From positions 1-64,000 of IMG/VR virus record IMGVR_UViG_3300031992_000018: DNA of 64,000 bases. One strand, given 5' to 3'. How positions within the stretch are numbered: position 1 is the first letter of the stretch; every line of letters starts with the position of its first letter. Shown here piece by piece: positions 50,135-61,774 of the stretch. The notes beneath the pieces are model-generated. The model was not told the DNA's origin. It did not search any database and saw only the letters and a list, made by a program, of their open reading frames with translations. Position numbers and translations under genes: made by a program. Source of the DNA: a virus. Taxonomy: Duplodnaviria; Caudoviricetes.

Positions 50135-53100
50135 TTAATCTCCTGTTTGAACATCACCAGATGATTGTTCTTCAACCTTAACATATATTGTAATTTCTTT
50201 CTTTTTATATACACCGTCTTGGTCACCATCAATTATAACATTTATTGGATATTTTTGATTTTGTGTATCATTTACACCAATAACACTTAATGAATATTTG
50301 CTTGATATATTTTGTGATGTATTAAGTTTAGTAAAATAATAAATATTAAAGAATTTATTATTCTTATCAAGATTTACTTGTTGATTAGAACCATCATCAG
50401 GAACATTAATAAACCATTTATTGTTCATATTTAATGAATTTATTGAAACATTTAAATAATTATCTATAAATTCATTTTGAACTTTTATTGAAGTTAATCC
50501 ATTATTTAATTCAATTTGTAAAGCATCTGATGAATTAACATTTAATGTTTCAATGTTTTGTGTAGTACCACTACCAAATTCATTAGAAATAAAATGTATA
50601 GCCCATCTGTCTTGACCTCCTAATGATGTTGCTGAACCTGTATTAATAGTAGTAACACTATTATTTATTTTGTTTAATTTTTTAGGAGTAACAATATAAT
50701 TAACTCTCTTTGGAGAATTTGTATCTATAGATTCATATAAATCAATATCTAATGTTTTCTTATTTATTTTAATATTAAATGTTGTACTGTTATTAATACT
50801 TCTTACATAATTTGAAGAATTACCAATATTACATGTTAATGCTAAATATATAGAATCATTAGGAATAACATCATAACTATATATATTATTAATATCATCA
50901 TATTGTGTCTGAGATAATAATTTATTTACAAATAAAATTGATCCAGAAGATGCATTATTAAATTTACCTACTGTTCTACTTGAACTACCATTTGATATAA
51001 AATCTTTAGGAATAATTACACCATTTTCTGGTTTAAATAAGTAATTATTATTTTGTTTACCATTTTCTGAATTATAATTTATTGTATTATAATTATCCCC
51101 TTCATTATATATTTTTATGAATTCTTCATTAGTATTTCTATTTTTTATAGCTACTTTAGTATCATCCCATCTTGATGAAATATCTTTATTATCAACACCA
51201 TAGAAATCCCAGAAGATATTAGCATCTGTATTCTGTATTTCAATTTGAGAATCAATATCAAATAATCTATTTAAATAAATAGGAATTCTTGGAACTAATT
51301 TAAATGAATTTACAGTTTCTTCATTATTAGTACCAATTGTTGTATAAGTAATATAATTTTCTAAATCACTTAATAATCTTAAATTAAATTGTTTTTGTCT
51401 ACGTAAAACTTTTAAGAAATAATATGCTTTACATGGACTATATGATATAGAACCAATACTACCTGATGAAGACTTAATCTTAAATACTAAATAATAGTAA
51501 TCAGTATCAGCATTTACCCAATTATTATTAACTTCAAAAATACCATTTTTATCTGGATATATAGCTGTTGATTTATTAATATCATATACTTTGTTTTTAT
51601 TAAATTGAGTTTTAAATAAAGTATTTTCTGTAACAAATCCATTAACATTATTTACACTGAATTCAGTAGTATTTAAATCAGCATCTTCTGTAGGTTTAGT
51701 TCCATTTATAATATCATTTAAAACATTAATATCATAATAATTTTCTAAAGTATCATTACAATAATAGAATGATTTATCTGGTTCTTGACCAATTTTTATT
51801 TTATTGTTTAATAAAATATCAAATTCTTTTTCTTCATCTACATGTAATTCACCATATCTTCCATCTGATTCTGATTCATAAATAGTAATATTTCTAGAAC
51901 TTGTATCACTATTTATTACACCTAAATATTCTACTTCATAATCACTGTCACAATATACTCTTACAAAGTCATCAAATATAAGATTTGGAACAGGACCAGG
52001 AGATACTTTATTACCACTTGGATATGATGCAACAAGGTCTTCAAAAGTTATTGTTCTTATACAATAATTAATATTATTAGCAGCATTATTTTCAAAATAG
52101 TTTCCTGTTTCTCTATCATCTCTTACCCAATCTGAACCTCTATCTGTAACATTTCTAAAATCATAAGAATCATTAATTTTTCTATAAAGATTTATATTAC
52201 TAGCTTCATCTTTAAGGAATATAATTCTATTTTGAACTTCTTTCTTTAATTTAATTTTAAAAGATATTATAGTAGGAGTTATTTGTCTTGATTGATTATC
52301 ATCTTTATAATAGAATATACAATATAAATTAAATTCTTTATCTGTATTTTGTGTTTGTACAGGAGGAATATAATAATATTTATTATTTTCACATACTATT
52401 TTACCATATTCAACTGTATTATATTCAACAAAATCTCTACCATCCAATGTATATGTACCAGAATTTCCAATAAAGAAATAAGGATATATACCATATTCAC
52501 TACCATATAATAAATCAAATGTAATTTCTTTTTTAGAAACTTCATCATTTAAATAATATGGCATTGATATTGCATTATCTCTAGTACCACTAAATGTTAT
52601 ATTATAAATTTTACCATATTCAATTGCATTTGAATTATTTAACTTAGATGCAAATGTTTCACCATTGTTATTTATTATCTGAGTATTTCCAAATTTAAAT
52701 TGAGTTATTGTATTATCAGATTTTTCTATAGTTAAATGTATATTAAATTCTGAACCAACAAAACTATCACCATTTTCATCAGAACCACCAGTATGATTAA
52801 CTGTAAAATCAACAGATTTTTTAGCAGGATCAAAATTAGCAAGATTTTGAATATTTGATTTAATATCAGTATACCATGTTTCTAATGGTTTATAATTACC
52901 TGTACCAATAATATCCATATCAATTTTGAAGAATTTCCACAATTCTCCATTATAATCTACTGGATCAACATTCAATTTTGAAATTGAATTTATAATAGCA
53001 GTATTTGCTGTAACAGATGAAGTTACTGACATTTCACCAGGGTTATTTGAAGCAATAACTGAATATAAATTATTACTTAATCCAGCATTATTATAATATG

Positions 53101-53770
53101 TATATACATTATCTAAAGATTTATTTAAATTATATGGTGTTCTGTCAATAGTAGGAGTTAATATTACTTTTGCTCTATTACCAGAATTTCTAAAATCAGC
53201 TTGATAAAAATTACCAAGAATACTTTTATCTTGACCTTCTAAAAAGTCAATATTAGCAGCATTGTCAAAAGGATAAAGTAAATCTTCATAGATACATGCT
53301 CGTGCATTTCTTCTATCCCAGTGATCTGTATAGTAATCAATTGTAATAACTCTCCATGTTAAATAATTTAATAAATCAACAATATCAGTAGAATCTTTTA
53401 TTGTACCATCTTTATACCATCTTGGTAATAAATCTAATACATCAGTATTACCTTCTGGTGTTTCAGACATATCAGAAAGGTAATCATATTTACTATTAAT
53501 CCAGTCAATAGTATTATTTATTTTATTTTCGCTTATTTCAGCATTTTTTACTTTATTTATATATTCACTAAATGAACCACTTGGTGTTTCACCAGCAGCA
53601 TTCCATTTTCTGATTCTTGTTGCCCAAGGAATATTAGTATTTTCCCAGTCAATATTTAAAGATTCTAAAAGTTTATAAGTATCGCTTGCTCCAGCGGTAA
53701 TTAATCCATCTGGAACTTCTACACCATTTGTCCACTTTTCGTTTTGATTATAATCTATTCTTTTACTCAT
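50135..53770 (-). CDS. Large putative virion protein
   Basis: 1211-aa ORF in the structural operon. Confidence 0.6.
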   Translation of the reverse strand: MSKRIDYNQNEKWTNGVEVPDGLITAGASDTYKLLESLNIDWENTNIPWATRIRKWNAAGETPSGSFSEYINKVKNAEISENKINNTIDWINSKYDYLSDMSETPEGNTDVLDLLPRWYKDGTIKDSTDIVDLLNYLTWRVITIDYYTDHWDRRNARACIYEDLLYPFDNAANIDFLEGQDKSILGNFYQADFRNSGNRAKVILTPTIDRTPYNLNKSLDNVYTYYNNAGLSNNLYSVIASNNPGEMSVTSSVTANTAIINSISKLNVDPVDYNGELWKFFKIDMDIIGTGNYKPLETWYTDIKSNIQNLANFDPAKKSVDFTVNHTGGSDENGDSFVGSEFNIHLTIEKSDNTITQFKFGNTQIINNNGETFASKLNNSNAIEYGKIYNITFSGTRDNAISMPYYLNDEVSKKEITFDLLYGSEYGIYPYFFIGNSGTYTLDGRDFVEYNTVEYGKIVCENNKYYYIPPVQTQNTDKEFNLYCIFYYKDDNQSRQITPTIISFKIKLKKEVQNRIIFLKDEASNINLYRKINDSYDFRNVTDRGSDWVRDDRETGNYFENNAANNINYCIRTITFEDLVASYPSGNKVSPGPVPNLIFDDFVRVYCDSDYEVEYLGVINSDTSSRNITIYESESDGRYGELHVDEEKEFDILLNNKIKIGQEPDKSFYYCNDTLENYYDINVLNDIINGTKPTEDADLNTTEFSVNNVNGFVTENTLFKTQFNKNKVYDINKSTAIYPDKNGIFEVNNNWVNADTDYYYLVFKIKSSSGSIGSISYSPCKAYYFLKVLRRQKQFNLRLLSDLENYITYTTIGTNNEETVNSFKLVPRIPIYLNRLFDIDSQIEIQNTDANIFWDFYGVDNKDISSRWDDTKVAIKNRNTNEEFIKIYNEGDNYNTINYNSENGKQNNNYLFKPENGVIIPKDFISNGSSSRTVGKFNNASSGSILFVNKLLSQTQYDDINNIYSYDVIPNDSIYLALTCNIGNSSNYVRSINNSTTFNIKINKKTLDIDLYESIDTNSPKRVNYIVTPKKLNKINNSVTTINTGSATSLGGQDRWAIHFISNEFGSGTTQNIETLNVNSSDALQIELNNGLTSIKVQNEFIDNYLNVSINSLNMNNKWFINVPDDGSNQQVNLDKNNKFFNIYYFTKLNTSQNISSKYSLSVIGVNDTQNQKYPINVIIDGDQDGVYKKKEITIYVKVEEQSSGDVQTGD

Positions 53771-53789
53771 ATGTTATTTAATAAATTAT

Positions 53790-54875
53790 TTACTTTATAA
53801 TCCAAGTTAAATTACTTGTATAATATTTTGGAGATTCATATACTTTATATAATATTCCATTATATTCAACTTCTTTTTCATATAAATTATATGAACTTAA
53901 AATGTTATTGAAATTACATCTAATGTCAGATGATTTCAAAATAAATTTAGGATCTTCTAATACATAAGGAACAATAAAATAATGTTTTCTTATATTATTT
54001 GTTTCTCCTGTTGTTATTTCTGTTCCATTTTCATCATAAAGAATATCTGTATTAAAATCAAATGTATAATTATTAATATCAAATAATTCTCCATAATCAG
54101 AGAAAATAGGATATTTAAATTTAATATCACAAATTTTTAAATTTGTAATATATGTTTTATCTCTATCACATAAAAATATCTTTACAGGAACTTTATATGT
54201 TGGATAATTTAAATCTTTAATTACTTCAATATTTACAGGTATATTGATACTATGTTTCTTACCATCACAAACCATTTCAAAAGGTTCTAATTGAGACATA
54301 TTAAAATCAACACTGTCATCAAAGAATATTTTATAGTATGGTGAAACTGCTGAAAATAATGCTGAATATTCTATAATAATATATTTAATAGTTATTTTTG
54401 ATAACATTGATGTTTCAAATATATCATTGCTTTTTATAGTTTCATTAGTAATTGTACCATTTAAATCTTTTTCAATTCTAATAGAAATATCACTTATATC
54501 AATCCAATGTTCTCCAAGTAAAACACCATTATTTATCATTATTTTATCATTATGAAAATATATAGAAGAATCTTGAAGTTCAGATATTTCTTCTGTTGGT
54601 GTTTCTTGTTGTTCTGGATTTACTATTAAATTTCCTTCTAATAATTTCTTTATATTATCATTTTTTAAAAGTTCTTCAACAGCATGTTTTGTTTCTAAAG
54701 TTTTTAAACCATAACCACTAGCAATATGAGTATTACCAATATAAAGACTATTATTGTCATCATCAGTAACAACAACATTAATCTGTCCTGAATTTTCAGT
54801 ATTAGCATTATTAATAGAATCGACTACTTGATAATCGACTAATTTACCTTTAATTTCTTCTGACTTATTACTCAT
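53790..54875 (-). CDS. Putative virion protein
   Basis: ORF in the structural operon. Confidence 0.6.
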   Translation of the reverse strand: MSNKSEEIKGKLVDYQVVDSINNANTENSGQINVVVTDDDNNSLYIGNTHIASGYGLKTLETKHAVEELLKNDNIKKLLEGNLIVNPEQQETPTEEISELQDSSIYFHNDKIMINNGVLLGEHWIDISDISIRIEKDLNGTITNETIKSNDIFETSMLSKITIKYIIIEYSALFSAVSPYYKIFFDDSVDFNMSQLEPFEMVCDGKKHSINIPVNIEVIKDLNYPTYKVPVKIFLCDRDKTYITNLKICDIKFKYPIFSDYGELFDINNYTFDFNTDILYDENGTEITTGETNNIRKHYFIVPYVLEDPKFILKSSDIRCNFNNILSSYNLYEKEVEYNGILYKVYESPKYYTSNLTWIIK

Positions 54876-54892
54876 TTTAATAATCTTTATAT

Positions 54893-57800
54893 TTATTCTT
54901 CAGTAGCTTCATCAACAAGTAATGTTGTTGAATTTAATATACTTCCACTTGAAGTATAATCATAATTTGCTGTAATTTCAACCATATAATGTTGAGGTTC
55001 ATTTATAAGAGAATCTCTTAAATCAAAGTAAATACCTTTAGTAATATTATTTACAGTTTCATTATCTAAATAATATTCAAATACAATAGGAACAGAAATT
55101 GATTTACCAACTTCTACTTCAACATATCCATTATAATTACCATTAGTAAGTATTGTATTTCTACCAGTAATATCTGGATATAAGAAAGCTCCTATAAATA
55201 TATTTGTTGCTGGATTTACACCATTTACAGTATTATTTGCAATAAATTCAGATAATGATGATTCAGCATCTAACATTACTAATTTACCATCTAAATTAAT
55301 ACCAGCAATATCTTCAAAACGGTTAAGATAATTATTAGCAAGTGTTTGTTCATAGATAAAGAATTCAATATCCTTTGAACTATATAATTCAAGATTTGAT
55401 TTATCTGGATTGAATTTATCAGCTAATATATCAAATATACCATCACCTTTATAATCAAGACCAACCCAAGTTGATTCAATCATTTCTTTAATTTCTCCAG
55501 TATTTCTCTTTCTATATCCAAGAAGAGGAGAATCAAAGTTTCTCTTCATATATGTATTAATTCCTTTAAAATCAAGTTTAGATATATTAGTTGTTATAGA
55601 TTTATAATCTTGAAGATCTTGTGATTCATTATCATAATATATCTTCTTTCCTGTATAAGGATTATCTTGACGGAAATAAATCCATTGACCAAGAGTCTGA
55701 TAACTTAATGTATTATCAATAAATATTGGTACTCTTTCATAATGATAAATATATTGTTCATAGAATTCATTATTAGAAAGAAGAAGAGGAATATCTATAT
55801 TTCCTGGGAATATTGAATATAATTTAATATTACTGCTTCCTGTATTCTTAATAACAATATTCATATACTGTTTTACAAAAGCATCAGTAATATGATCATC
55901 ATTATATATATTAATTTTATTTATTGCATTATTAAATAATTTAACATTCTTATCATTGAATGTTACATATACTTCATATTTCTTATTAAATTCTGAGTCT
56001 AATATTGTTTTTGTATTTTCAATGTCATTACTCATTGTAGTAAGCTTATCTTTAAGAGAGATAAGATTATTATCTGAAGTATTGAAACCTGAATAAATAT
56101 TTTCAGGCATATGGTAATAAACAACATTATTAGACTTTAATGAATTGTTTACGTGATCTTGATAACCATCATTAATAAGTGTCTGACTAAATCTTGAATT
56201 TATTAAATCAGTATCATTTTCATTTAATATTGTGGAAAGTTGTAAATTGTCACTAAATTCATTAGGGAATACAACTGTCATTTCATCACTCCAAGGTGTA
56301 TATAAATTAATAAATGGTTGACCAATATTATATTTATATCTACATCTAAGTACTACATCTTCACCTTGAACAATAGGAATATCAATTTGATTCCATTTAA
56401 TTATATTCTGTGTAGATGAATAATCAACAAAATCAATAGTAAATCCAGATAAAGTTGAATTAAATACTAATTTTCTTTCTCTTTCAATATTATCTAATTT
56501 AATCCAATCTGTAAATACATTTGAATTTATATTAGTAATAGTTGTAGTTTCTTTTGTAGGAGATTTATATTTATATTCACATTCAAGACTTATAATCTGT
56601 ATTTTATCACTTTCATTAGAATGTAACCATGTTTCAAGTTCATTTGTATTAGTTATACCTCTTACTCTATATTTAGTATCTTCTCTAGCAATTTGAATAT
56701 CTTTACTGATTGCATTGATATTTTCAATTGTTGAATTTAATTGTTTTTGAATAGTTACTTTCTGTGCATAATATTTATCAAGTTTAGCCTTAAGAGCTTC
56801 TTGAGAAATTTGTACTTCTTGAGAGAAGTCTGTATTTATAAGAGTTGAATAAACATTATTAATATTATCTTGAAGAGAAGATAACTGAGTATTCAATTCA
56901 TTTTTCTGACTATGTAAATTTATAATATCTTCAGAAGTAGAATCATCAACAAGATGTTTATTAATAGGAAGAACTTGAAGAATACCATCTCCCATAAATG
57001 TTTCATTGACAAGAGTCTTAATTGTTGAATTATCCTGGATTGATACAATAATATCATTTGTAAAATTACTTATCTGAGGATAAATTGTTTCTGAAATACC
57101 AATAAGAATATCACCAATATTTGTACAATATTTATTATAATATTCTATATAATTCATATGATTACCTGTAGAATCAAGAATTGGATTACCATAAGTATCA
57201 TACATTTTAATTGAACTTAAATCAATTAAATATGGTGAAGAATATAAACTTCTTGTATTGTTATATACTAAACTTAAGAAAATACATATATATTGATTTT
57301 CTTCAAGAGGAACATTTACATAATGATATTTATTATAATTAGAAACATAATATTGTAATTCCATGTTATTATTTTCTTTATATGTCTGAAGATTAACATG
57401 TCCTATAGTTTCTGATATTGATATTGTCATTTGTTTAATATCAACATTAGTAACTTTATAAATTACTGTTTCATTAGGTAAACATACACTATCTCCAACA
57501 GAAAGAGTAAATTCTGTACTTTCATCTTCTTGTGAATGATATTGAAGAGTATCTTTTATTTTAAGAACATAATGTCCACCATTATCATCTGAAATTATTT
57601 CATCAATTTTAAATGATGATATATATGCTTCACTCTTTATAGGTAACTGTAATTCACTTTCATATTCTTCATAATCTATTCCTTTAGTATAATTATAAAG
57701 AGCTGCTACATATTCAGAATATGAATTTAAATTTAAGTTTCTTATCTGTGAGAATATATTATAATTTGAAAAGACTATCTTTTTCATATAGATCTTTTCA

Positions 57801-58228
57801 ATATTATCAGGTAGATTATTTATATTTAATTTTAAAAATGTCTTAGGTGAAACTAAGTCTTTAAAAAAGTTATTGTCTGTAATAGATCCATGAACATTAG
57901 AAGTAGAAAATTCTGGTACAAGGGGTGCTGTAGAACTTTTTACAAGTTCTAATTTAGTCATACTGTCTTTAGTATTGAACCATGCTTCTCCAGAAGTTGG
58001 AATATTAAATAAATTATTAAAATTATTTTCTAGTGTTTCTAATTTACTTTCTAAATAAAATAATGATGGTATTGTCAATGTTTTTTCTTCATTATCCACA
58101 GTTACTGTAACAGCAACATTTGTTGATGTTGAAGATAAACTTTGATTCATAGCCTCAACCATACTAACTGCATTATTATACAATTTAGTAAGTTGAACAT
58201 AATATTCTTTTAATGAATTATTTATCAT
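54893..58228 (-). CDS. Large putative baseplate/virion protein with central coiled coil
   Basis: 1111-aa ORF with a heptad region. Confidence 0.6.
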   Translation of the reverse strand: MINNSLKEYYVQLTKLYNNAVSMVEAMNQSLSSTSTNVAVTVTVDNEEKTLTIPSLFYLESKLETLENNFNNLFNIPTSGEAWFNTKDSMTKLELVKSSTAPLVPEFSTSNVHGSITDNNFFKDLVSPKTFLKLNINNLPDNIEKIYMKKIVFSNYNIFSQIRNLNLNSYSEYVAALYNYTKGIDYEEYESELQLPIKSEAYISSFKIDEIISDDNGGHYVLKIKDTLQYHSQEDESTEFTLSVGDSVCLPNETVIYKVTNVDIKQMTISISETIGHVNLQTYKENNNMELQYYVSNYNKYHYVNVPLEENQYICIFLSLVYNNTRSLYSSPYLIDLSSIKMYDTYGNPILDSTGNHMNYIEYYNKYCTNIGDILIGISETIYPQISNFTNDIIVSIQDNSTIKTLVNETFMGDGILQVLPINKHLVDDSTSEDIINLHSQKNELNTQLSSLQDNINNVYSTLINTDFSQEVQISQEALKAKLDKYYAQKVTIQKQLNSTIENINAISKDIQIAREDTKYRVRGITNTNELETWLHSNESDKIQIISLECEYKYKSPTKETTTITNINSNVFTDWIKLDNIERERKLVFNSTLSGFTIDFVDYSSTQNIIKWNQIDIPIVQGEDVVLRCRYKYNIGQPFINLYTPWSDEMTVVFPNEFSDNLQLSTILNENDTDLINSRFSQTLINDGYQDHVNNSLKSNNVVYYHMPENIYSGFNTSDNNLISLKDKLTTMSNDIENTKTILDSEFNKKYEVYVTFNDKNVKLFNNAINKINIYNDDHITDAFVKQYMNIVIKNTGSSNIKLYSIFPGNIDIPLLLSNNEFYEQYIYHYERVPIFIDNTLSYQTLGQWIYFRQDNPYTGKKIYYDNESQDLQDYKSITTNISKLDFKGINTYMKRNFDSPLLGYRKRNTGEIKEMIESTWVGLDYKGDGIFDILADKFNPDKSNLELYSSKDIEFFIYEQTLANNYLNRFEDIAGINLDGKLVMLDAESSLSEFIANNTVNGVNPATNIFIGAFLYPDITGRNTILTNGNYNGYVEVEVGKSISVPIVFEYYLDNETVNNITKGIYFDLRDSLINEPQHYMVEITANYDYTSSGSILNSTTLLVDEATEE

Positions 58229-58243
58229 ATCTCTATTACTATA

Positions 58244-59557
58244 TTATTTCCATTTATATACAAGTTCATTGAATAATGTATTTACTTTTTCTTCAATGAT
58301 ACTGTCTAAGTTATTTAATTTTTCTTTCATTTCTTCATTATCTTTCTTATAATCATCTAATTGTTGTTGTAATTTTTCAATATCTAAATTATTAGTTAAA
58401 CTACTTACAATTTGTTCAAGTTTTGTAACTTTAGTATAAAGATTATTTATTTGATTAGATAATGTTGATTGACTAGATAATATTTTAGCATATGTTGCGA
58501 ATGCTTGCTGATTATCTTTTGAAGTTATATCATTATTCTGATATTTATTAGAATATGGGAATGGTTTAAATTGTGAAGAAATTACAAGACTCCAAGAAGG
58601 AGCATATTTAGAATTTTGATCTCTTTTTAATTCAATAACTTCATCACTGAACCAAATACCAAGTGGATTATTAATACTTCTTTTTTCTTTTTCAGAATAA
58701 TCAATATCTGTTTTAAGAATTATCTCTCCGGTTTCTTCATCAAGAGTATAATTTTTTAATTCTATATTTTCTTCAAGAGTTGTATTTTCATCAACTTCAT
58801 TGAAATTAGTTTGATAATTAATATCTGTTATATCAAATAAAGGAATTATAACATTGAATTTAATATAATTTCTATCTTCATCAATTTCTTCTAATTCATA
58901 TGTTGAATAAAGTTCATATTCATTTGATACATTTTCTTCATCAAGAGAATCTGGTTCAAAATTAGGTTTAAGATTTTTATATTCTGAATCCTCTAATTCT
59001 TCTGTTGACCAACCATATAAAATATTTAAATCTTTATCATATGGTTTTCTGTCACCAGAGTTTACTATCATTTTATATAGTTGTACAGAATTTGAATTTT
59101 GCTTATATCCTTCTCCAGAATCTATAATACATATTGTATCTGTATATGTACCTTTAAAATCAAATTCAGTAACTTCTCCTAAAAAAGTTATTTGATAATT
59201 TTCATCAAATTTACTAATACATTTAAATAACCATGCAAGAGAATTTACATCAGCTTCTATATCAAATTCAGAAAGATTATCTTGTAGTTTTTCTGTATAA
59301 AAATCTCTTAAGAAAGCAAGTTTGTTTTCATAATATCTAACAAGATAATTTTTAATAAAGTCAGCTTTTACACTTTCTTTAGTTTCTCCTTCTGGTATTT
59401 CTTCTAATTTAGGCATATATAAACACAAAAATCTAGATGGATATACTTTCCAATCTGTTGAAAGGAAATTACCAGTAAGAGCTTCAGTAAAATTACTAAA
59501 TGTTAAAAAATTACTGTCATCTGTTTTTGTATAAAATAAATTAGTTTTTCTTTGCAT
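58244..59557 (-). CDS. Putative virion protein with C-terminal coiled coil
   Basis: First gene of the minus-strand operon; late-type motif at 59578-59589(-). Confidence 0.6.
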   Translation of the reverse strand: MQRKTNLFYTKTDDSNFLTFSNFTEALTGNFLSTDWKVYPSRFLCLYMPKLEEIPEGETKESVKADFIKNYLVRYYENKLAFLRDFYTEKLQDNLSEFDIEADVNSLAWLFKCISKFDENYQITFLGEVTEFDFKGTYTDTICIIDSGEGYKQNSNSVQLYKMIVNSGDRKPYDKDLNILYGWSTEELEDSEYKNLKPNFEPDSLDEENVSNEYELYSTYELEEIDEDRNYIKFNVIIPLFDITDINYQTNFNEVDENTTLEENIELKNYTLDEETGEIILKTDIDYSEKEKRSINNPLGIWFSDEVIELKRDQNSKYAPSWSLVISSQFKPFPYSNKYQNNDITSKDNQQAFATYAKILSSQSTLSNQINNLYTKVTKLEQIVSSLTNNLDIEKLQQQLDDYKKDNEEMKEKLNNLDSIIEEKVNTLFNELVYKWK

Positions 59558-59670
59558 ATATAATATCAATATTTCTATAATTAAAAATAATTTATTATAA
59601 TAATTTTACATAGGTAAATGAATAAGAAATTTAAGATTTTCTATATTAATTTAAGATAAATGTTAATAAT

Positions 59671-60423
59671 ATGAATGATATTAAAAAACCTTTGGTATTT
59701 CCAGATATAGAAACAACGGGTCTTAATAAAGAACAAGATTCAATTATTCAATTTGCAGCAATTAAGGTTGATCCTATAACTGATGCAATTATTGATTCTA
59801 TTAATTTATATATTCGTCCAATTGGACCATATACTATTACTATACAAGCATATCTTAAACATCATATTAAACCAGCAGATCTTCAAGATAAACCAACATT
59901 TCCTGAGGTTGCTGATAAAATTAGAGATTTTCTTGAAGGTTGTGATATTGTAACTTATAATGGAAATGGATTTGATTTACCTTTTTTGAAATATGAATTT
60001 ATTAAAGCTGGTAAAGATTTTTCATTTTTAAATATAAATTGTTATGATGCTTATGTAGAAGAAAGACGTAGAAATGGTATAACTCTTGCTCAGACATTTA
60101 AAAGATATGCTGGTTGTACAATGGAAGAAGCTGGATTAAAACCTCATGATGCTTTTAGTGATGTAAAAGCAACTCATAAGATTTTTTCAGAACAACAAAA
60201 GATTCAAGAATATGGACCAGAGTCTGTATTAACTGAAGACAATAGTATTATTTTAACTGAATTTAATAACAGAGAATTACCATGTTTTAATATTGGTAAA
60301 TATAAAGGACTTCCTATTTCTTATATTTCAAATGTTGATCAACAATATTTAAAATGGTGTATAAGTGATAATTGTAATTTTGTTCAATCAACTAAGAATT
60401 ATATTAGTAAATATATTAAATAA
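59671..60423 (+). CDS. DEDDh 3'-5' exonuclease (DnaQ/Pol III epsilon-like)
   Basis: DIETTG, YNG.GFD.PFL, HDAFSDV; C-terminal FNIGKYKG. Confidence 0.92.
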   Translation: MNDIKKPLVFPDIETTGLNKEQDSIIQFAAIKVDPITDAIIDSINLYIRPIGPYTITIQAYLKHHIKPADLQDKPTFPEVADKIRDFLEGCDIVTYNGNGFDLPFLKYEFIKAGKDFSFLNINCYDAYVEERRRNGITLAQTFKRYAGCTMEEAGLKPHDAFSDVKATHKIFSEQQKIQEYGPESVLTEDNSIILTEFNNRELPCFNIGKYKGLPISYISNVDQQYLKWCISDNCNFVQSTKNYISKYIK

Positions 60424-60428
60424 ATAAT

Positions 60429-60650
60429 ATGAGTGAAAATATAGAAGATTTAGGAAGTTTAATTAAAGATGATGTAATTGATGTAAGTACTTTATTAAAT
60501 TATTTTCTTGAAAGATTTAAACATTTATTATTATTTTCTACAAGTGATAATTCAATACAGTCATTAGAAAGATTATCAAGAATAATTATTGCAACTAAAA
60601 AAGCACAATTAGCAAAAATACATGAAAAGGATATAGAATCAAACCCTTAA
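60429..60650 (+). CDS. Hypothetical protein
   Basis: ORF in operon. Confidence 0.6.
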   Translation: MSENIEDLGSLIKDDVIDVSTLLNYFLERFKHLLLFSTSDNSIQSLERLSRIIIATKKAQLAKIHEKDIESNP

Positions 60651-60663
60651 AATTTAATTAATT

Positions 60664-61104
60664 ATGATATACAATAACATAGATAAACTTATTGCTGAGG
60701 CAATGAAAAATCATGACAATGTAAGATTGTCAACACTTAGATTAATTAAGACAAAGTTCCTTGAATATAAGACAAGTAAGGGAGCTAAACCAATTGATGA
60801 AACTATTGAAATTTCAATTCTTAGAAAAATGGTTTCTGAAAGGACAGATTCTCTTGGTATATATCTTTCTGCTGGTAGAAATGAACTTGCAGAAAAGGAA
60901 CAAAATGAAATAAATATTATTAAGGAATTCCTTCCTGTTGAAATTACTGAAGAACAAATTTCTCAAGCATTTAATTCTGTATTAAGTAAAGGTATTGAAC
61001 CTATTAAAAAGAATATGGGTGTATTTATTAAAGAGATAAAGAATATTCTTCCTACAGCAGATGGTAAAACTGTTTCTACTTATGTACAAAAACATTTAAG
61101 TTAA
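60664..61104 (+). CDS. GatB/YqeY domain protein
   Basis: AMK..D..RL.TLR, R.DS...Y..AGR.ELAEKE..EI.II.EFLP, MG, ADGK.VS. Confidence 0.9.
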   Translation: MIYNNIDKLIAEAMKNHDNVRLSTLRLIKTKFLEYKTSKGAKPIDETIEISILRKMVSERTDSLGIYLSAGRNELAEKEQNEINIIKEFLPVEITEEQISQAFNSVLSKGIEPIKKNMGVFIKEIKNILPTADGKTVSTYVQKHLS

Positions 61105-61106
61105 TT

Positions 61107-61487
61107 ATGATATTTGATATTTATGATGATAATAGATATTATCCATTAATTGATATTGAAAATTATTATAGATTTAATGAATATGATAATAAACATTATC
61201 AAACAATAAATACTACTATATGTCCAATGGGATTTAGTAGATTTATATTAAAGAATAAAGAATATTTTGATAATAAAGATAATTTAAAAACATTTATTTC
61301 TTGGATAGATCATCTTAGAGATTTAGGATTTTTACTTAATGAAATATGGAGAAATAATTCTGATTTTCCTATGAGAAATGATGATGAAGAATATTCATCT
61401 GAAGAAGCTAGATATGTTGAAGAAAAAATCCGAAAAGAAGTAGAAATATTTTGTTCATATTGGAATCTTAAAATCAATGAAGATTAA
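61107..61487 (+). CDS. Hypothetical protein
   Basis: Coupled ORF. Confidence 0.6.
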   Translation: MIFDIYDDNRYYPLIDIENYYRFNEYDNKHYQTINTTICPMGFSRFILKNKEYFDNKDNLKTFISWIDHLRDLGFLLNEIWRNNSDFPMRNDDEEYSSEEARYVEEKIRKEVEIFCSYWNLKINED

Positions 61488-61489
61488 TT

Positions 61490-61744
61490 ATGAGTGGAAA
61501 AACAATAACACAATCAATCAATACAGATACTAATAAGAAAAAATATTTAACATTGGTATTTAGTTATAATGATTGTACAAAGAATAGTTATGATACTGTA
61601 AATAATTTTATAGCTCATATAATATCAGAAACTGATAAGTATAATCAGAATAAACCATATGTTAGTTCAACTAGATATAATATTGAAAGATTTTTTACTT
61701 CTGAAAATATAGACATTAAAGATAATGATATTAATAGTTTATAA
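61490..61744 (+). CDS. Hypothetical protein
   Basis: Coupled ORF. Confidence 0.5.
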   Translation: MSGKTITQSINTDTNKKKYLTLVFSYNDCTKNSYDTVNNFIAHIISETDKYNQNKPYVSSTRYNIERFFTSENIDIKDNDINSL

Positions 61745-61774
61745 ATTATTTTTATAAAAAGATTAATTGATTAA

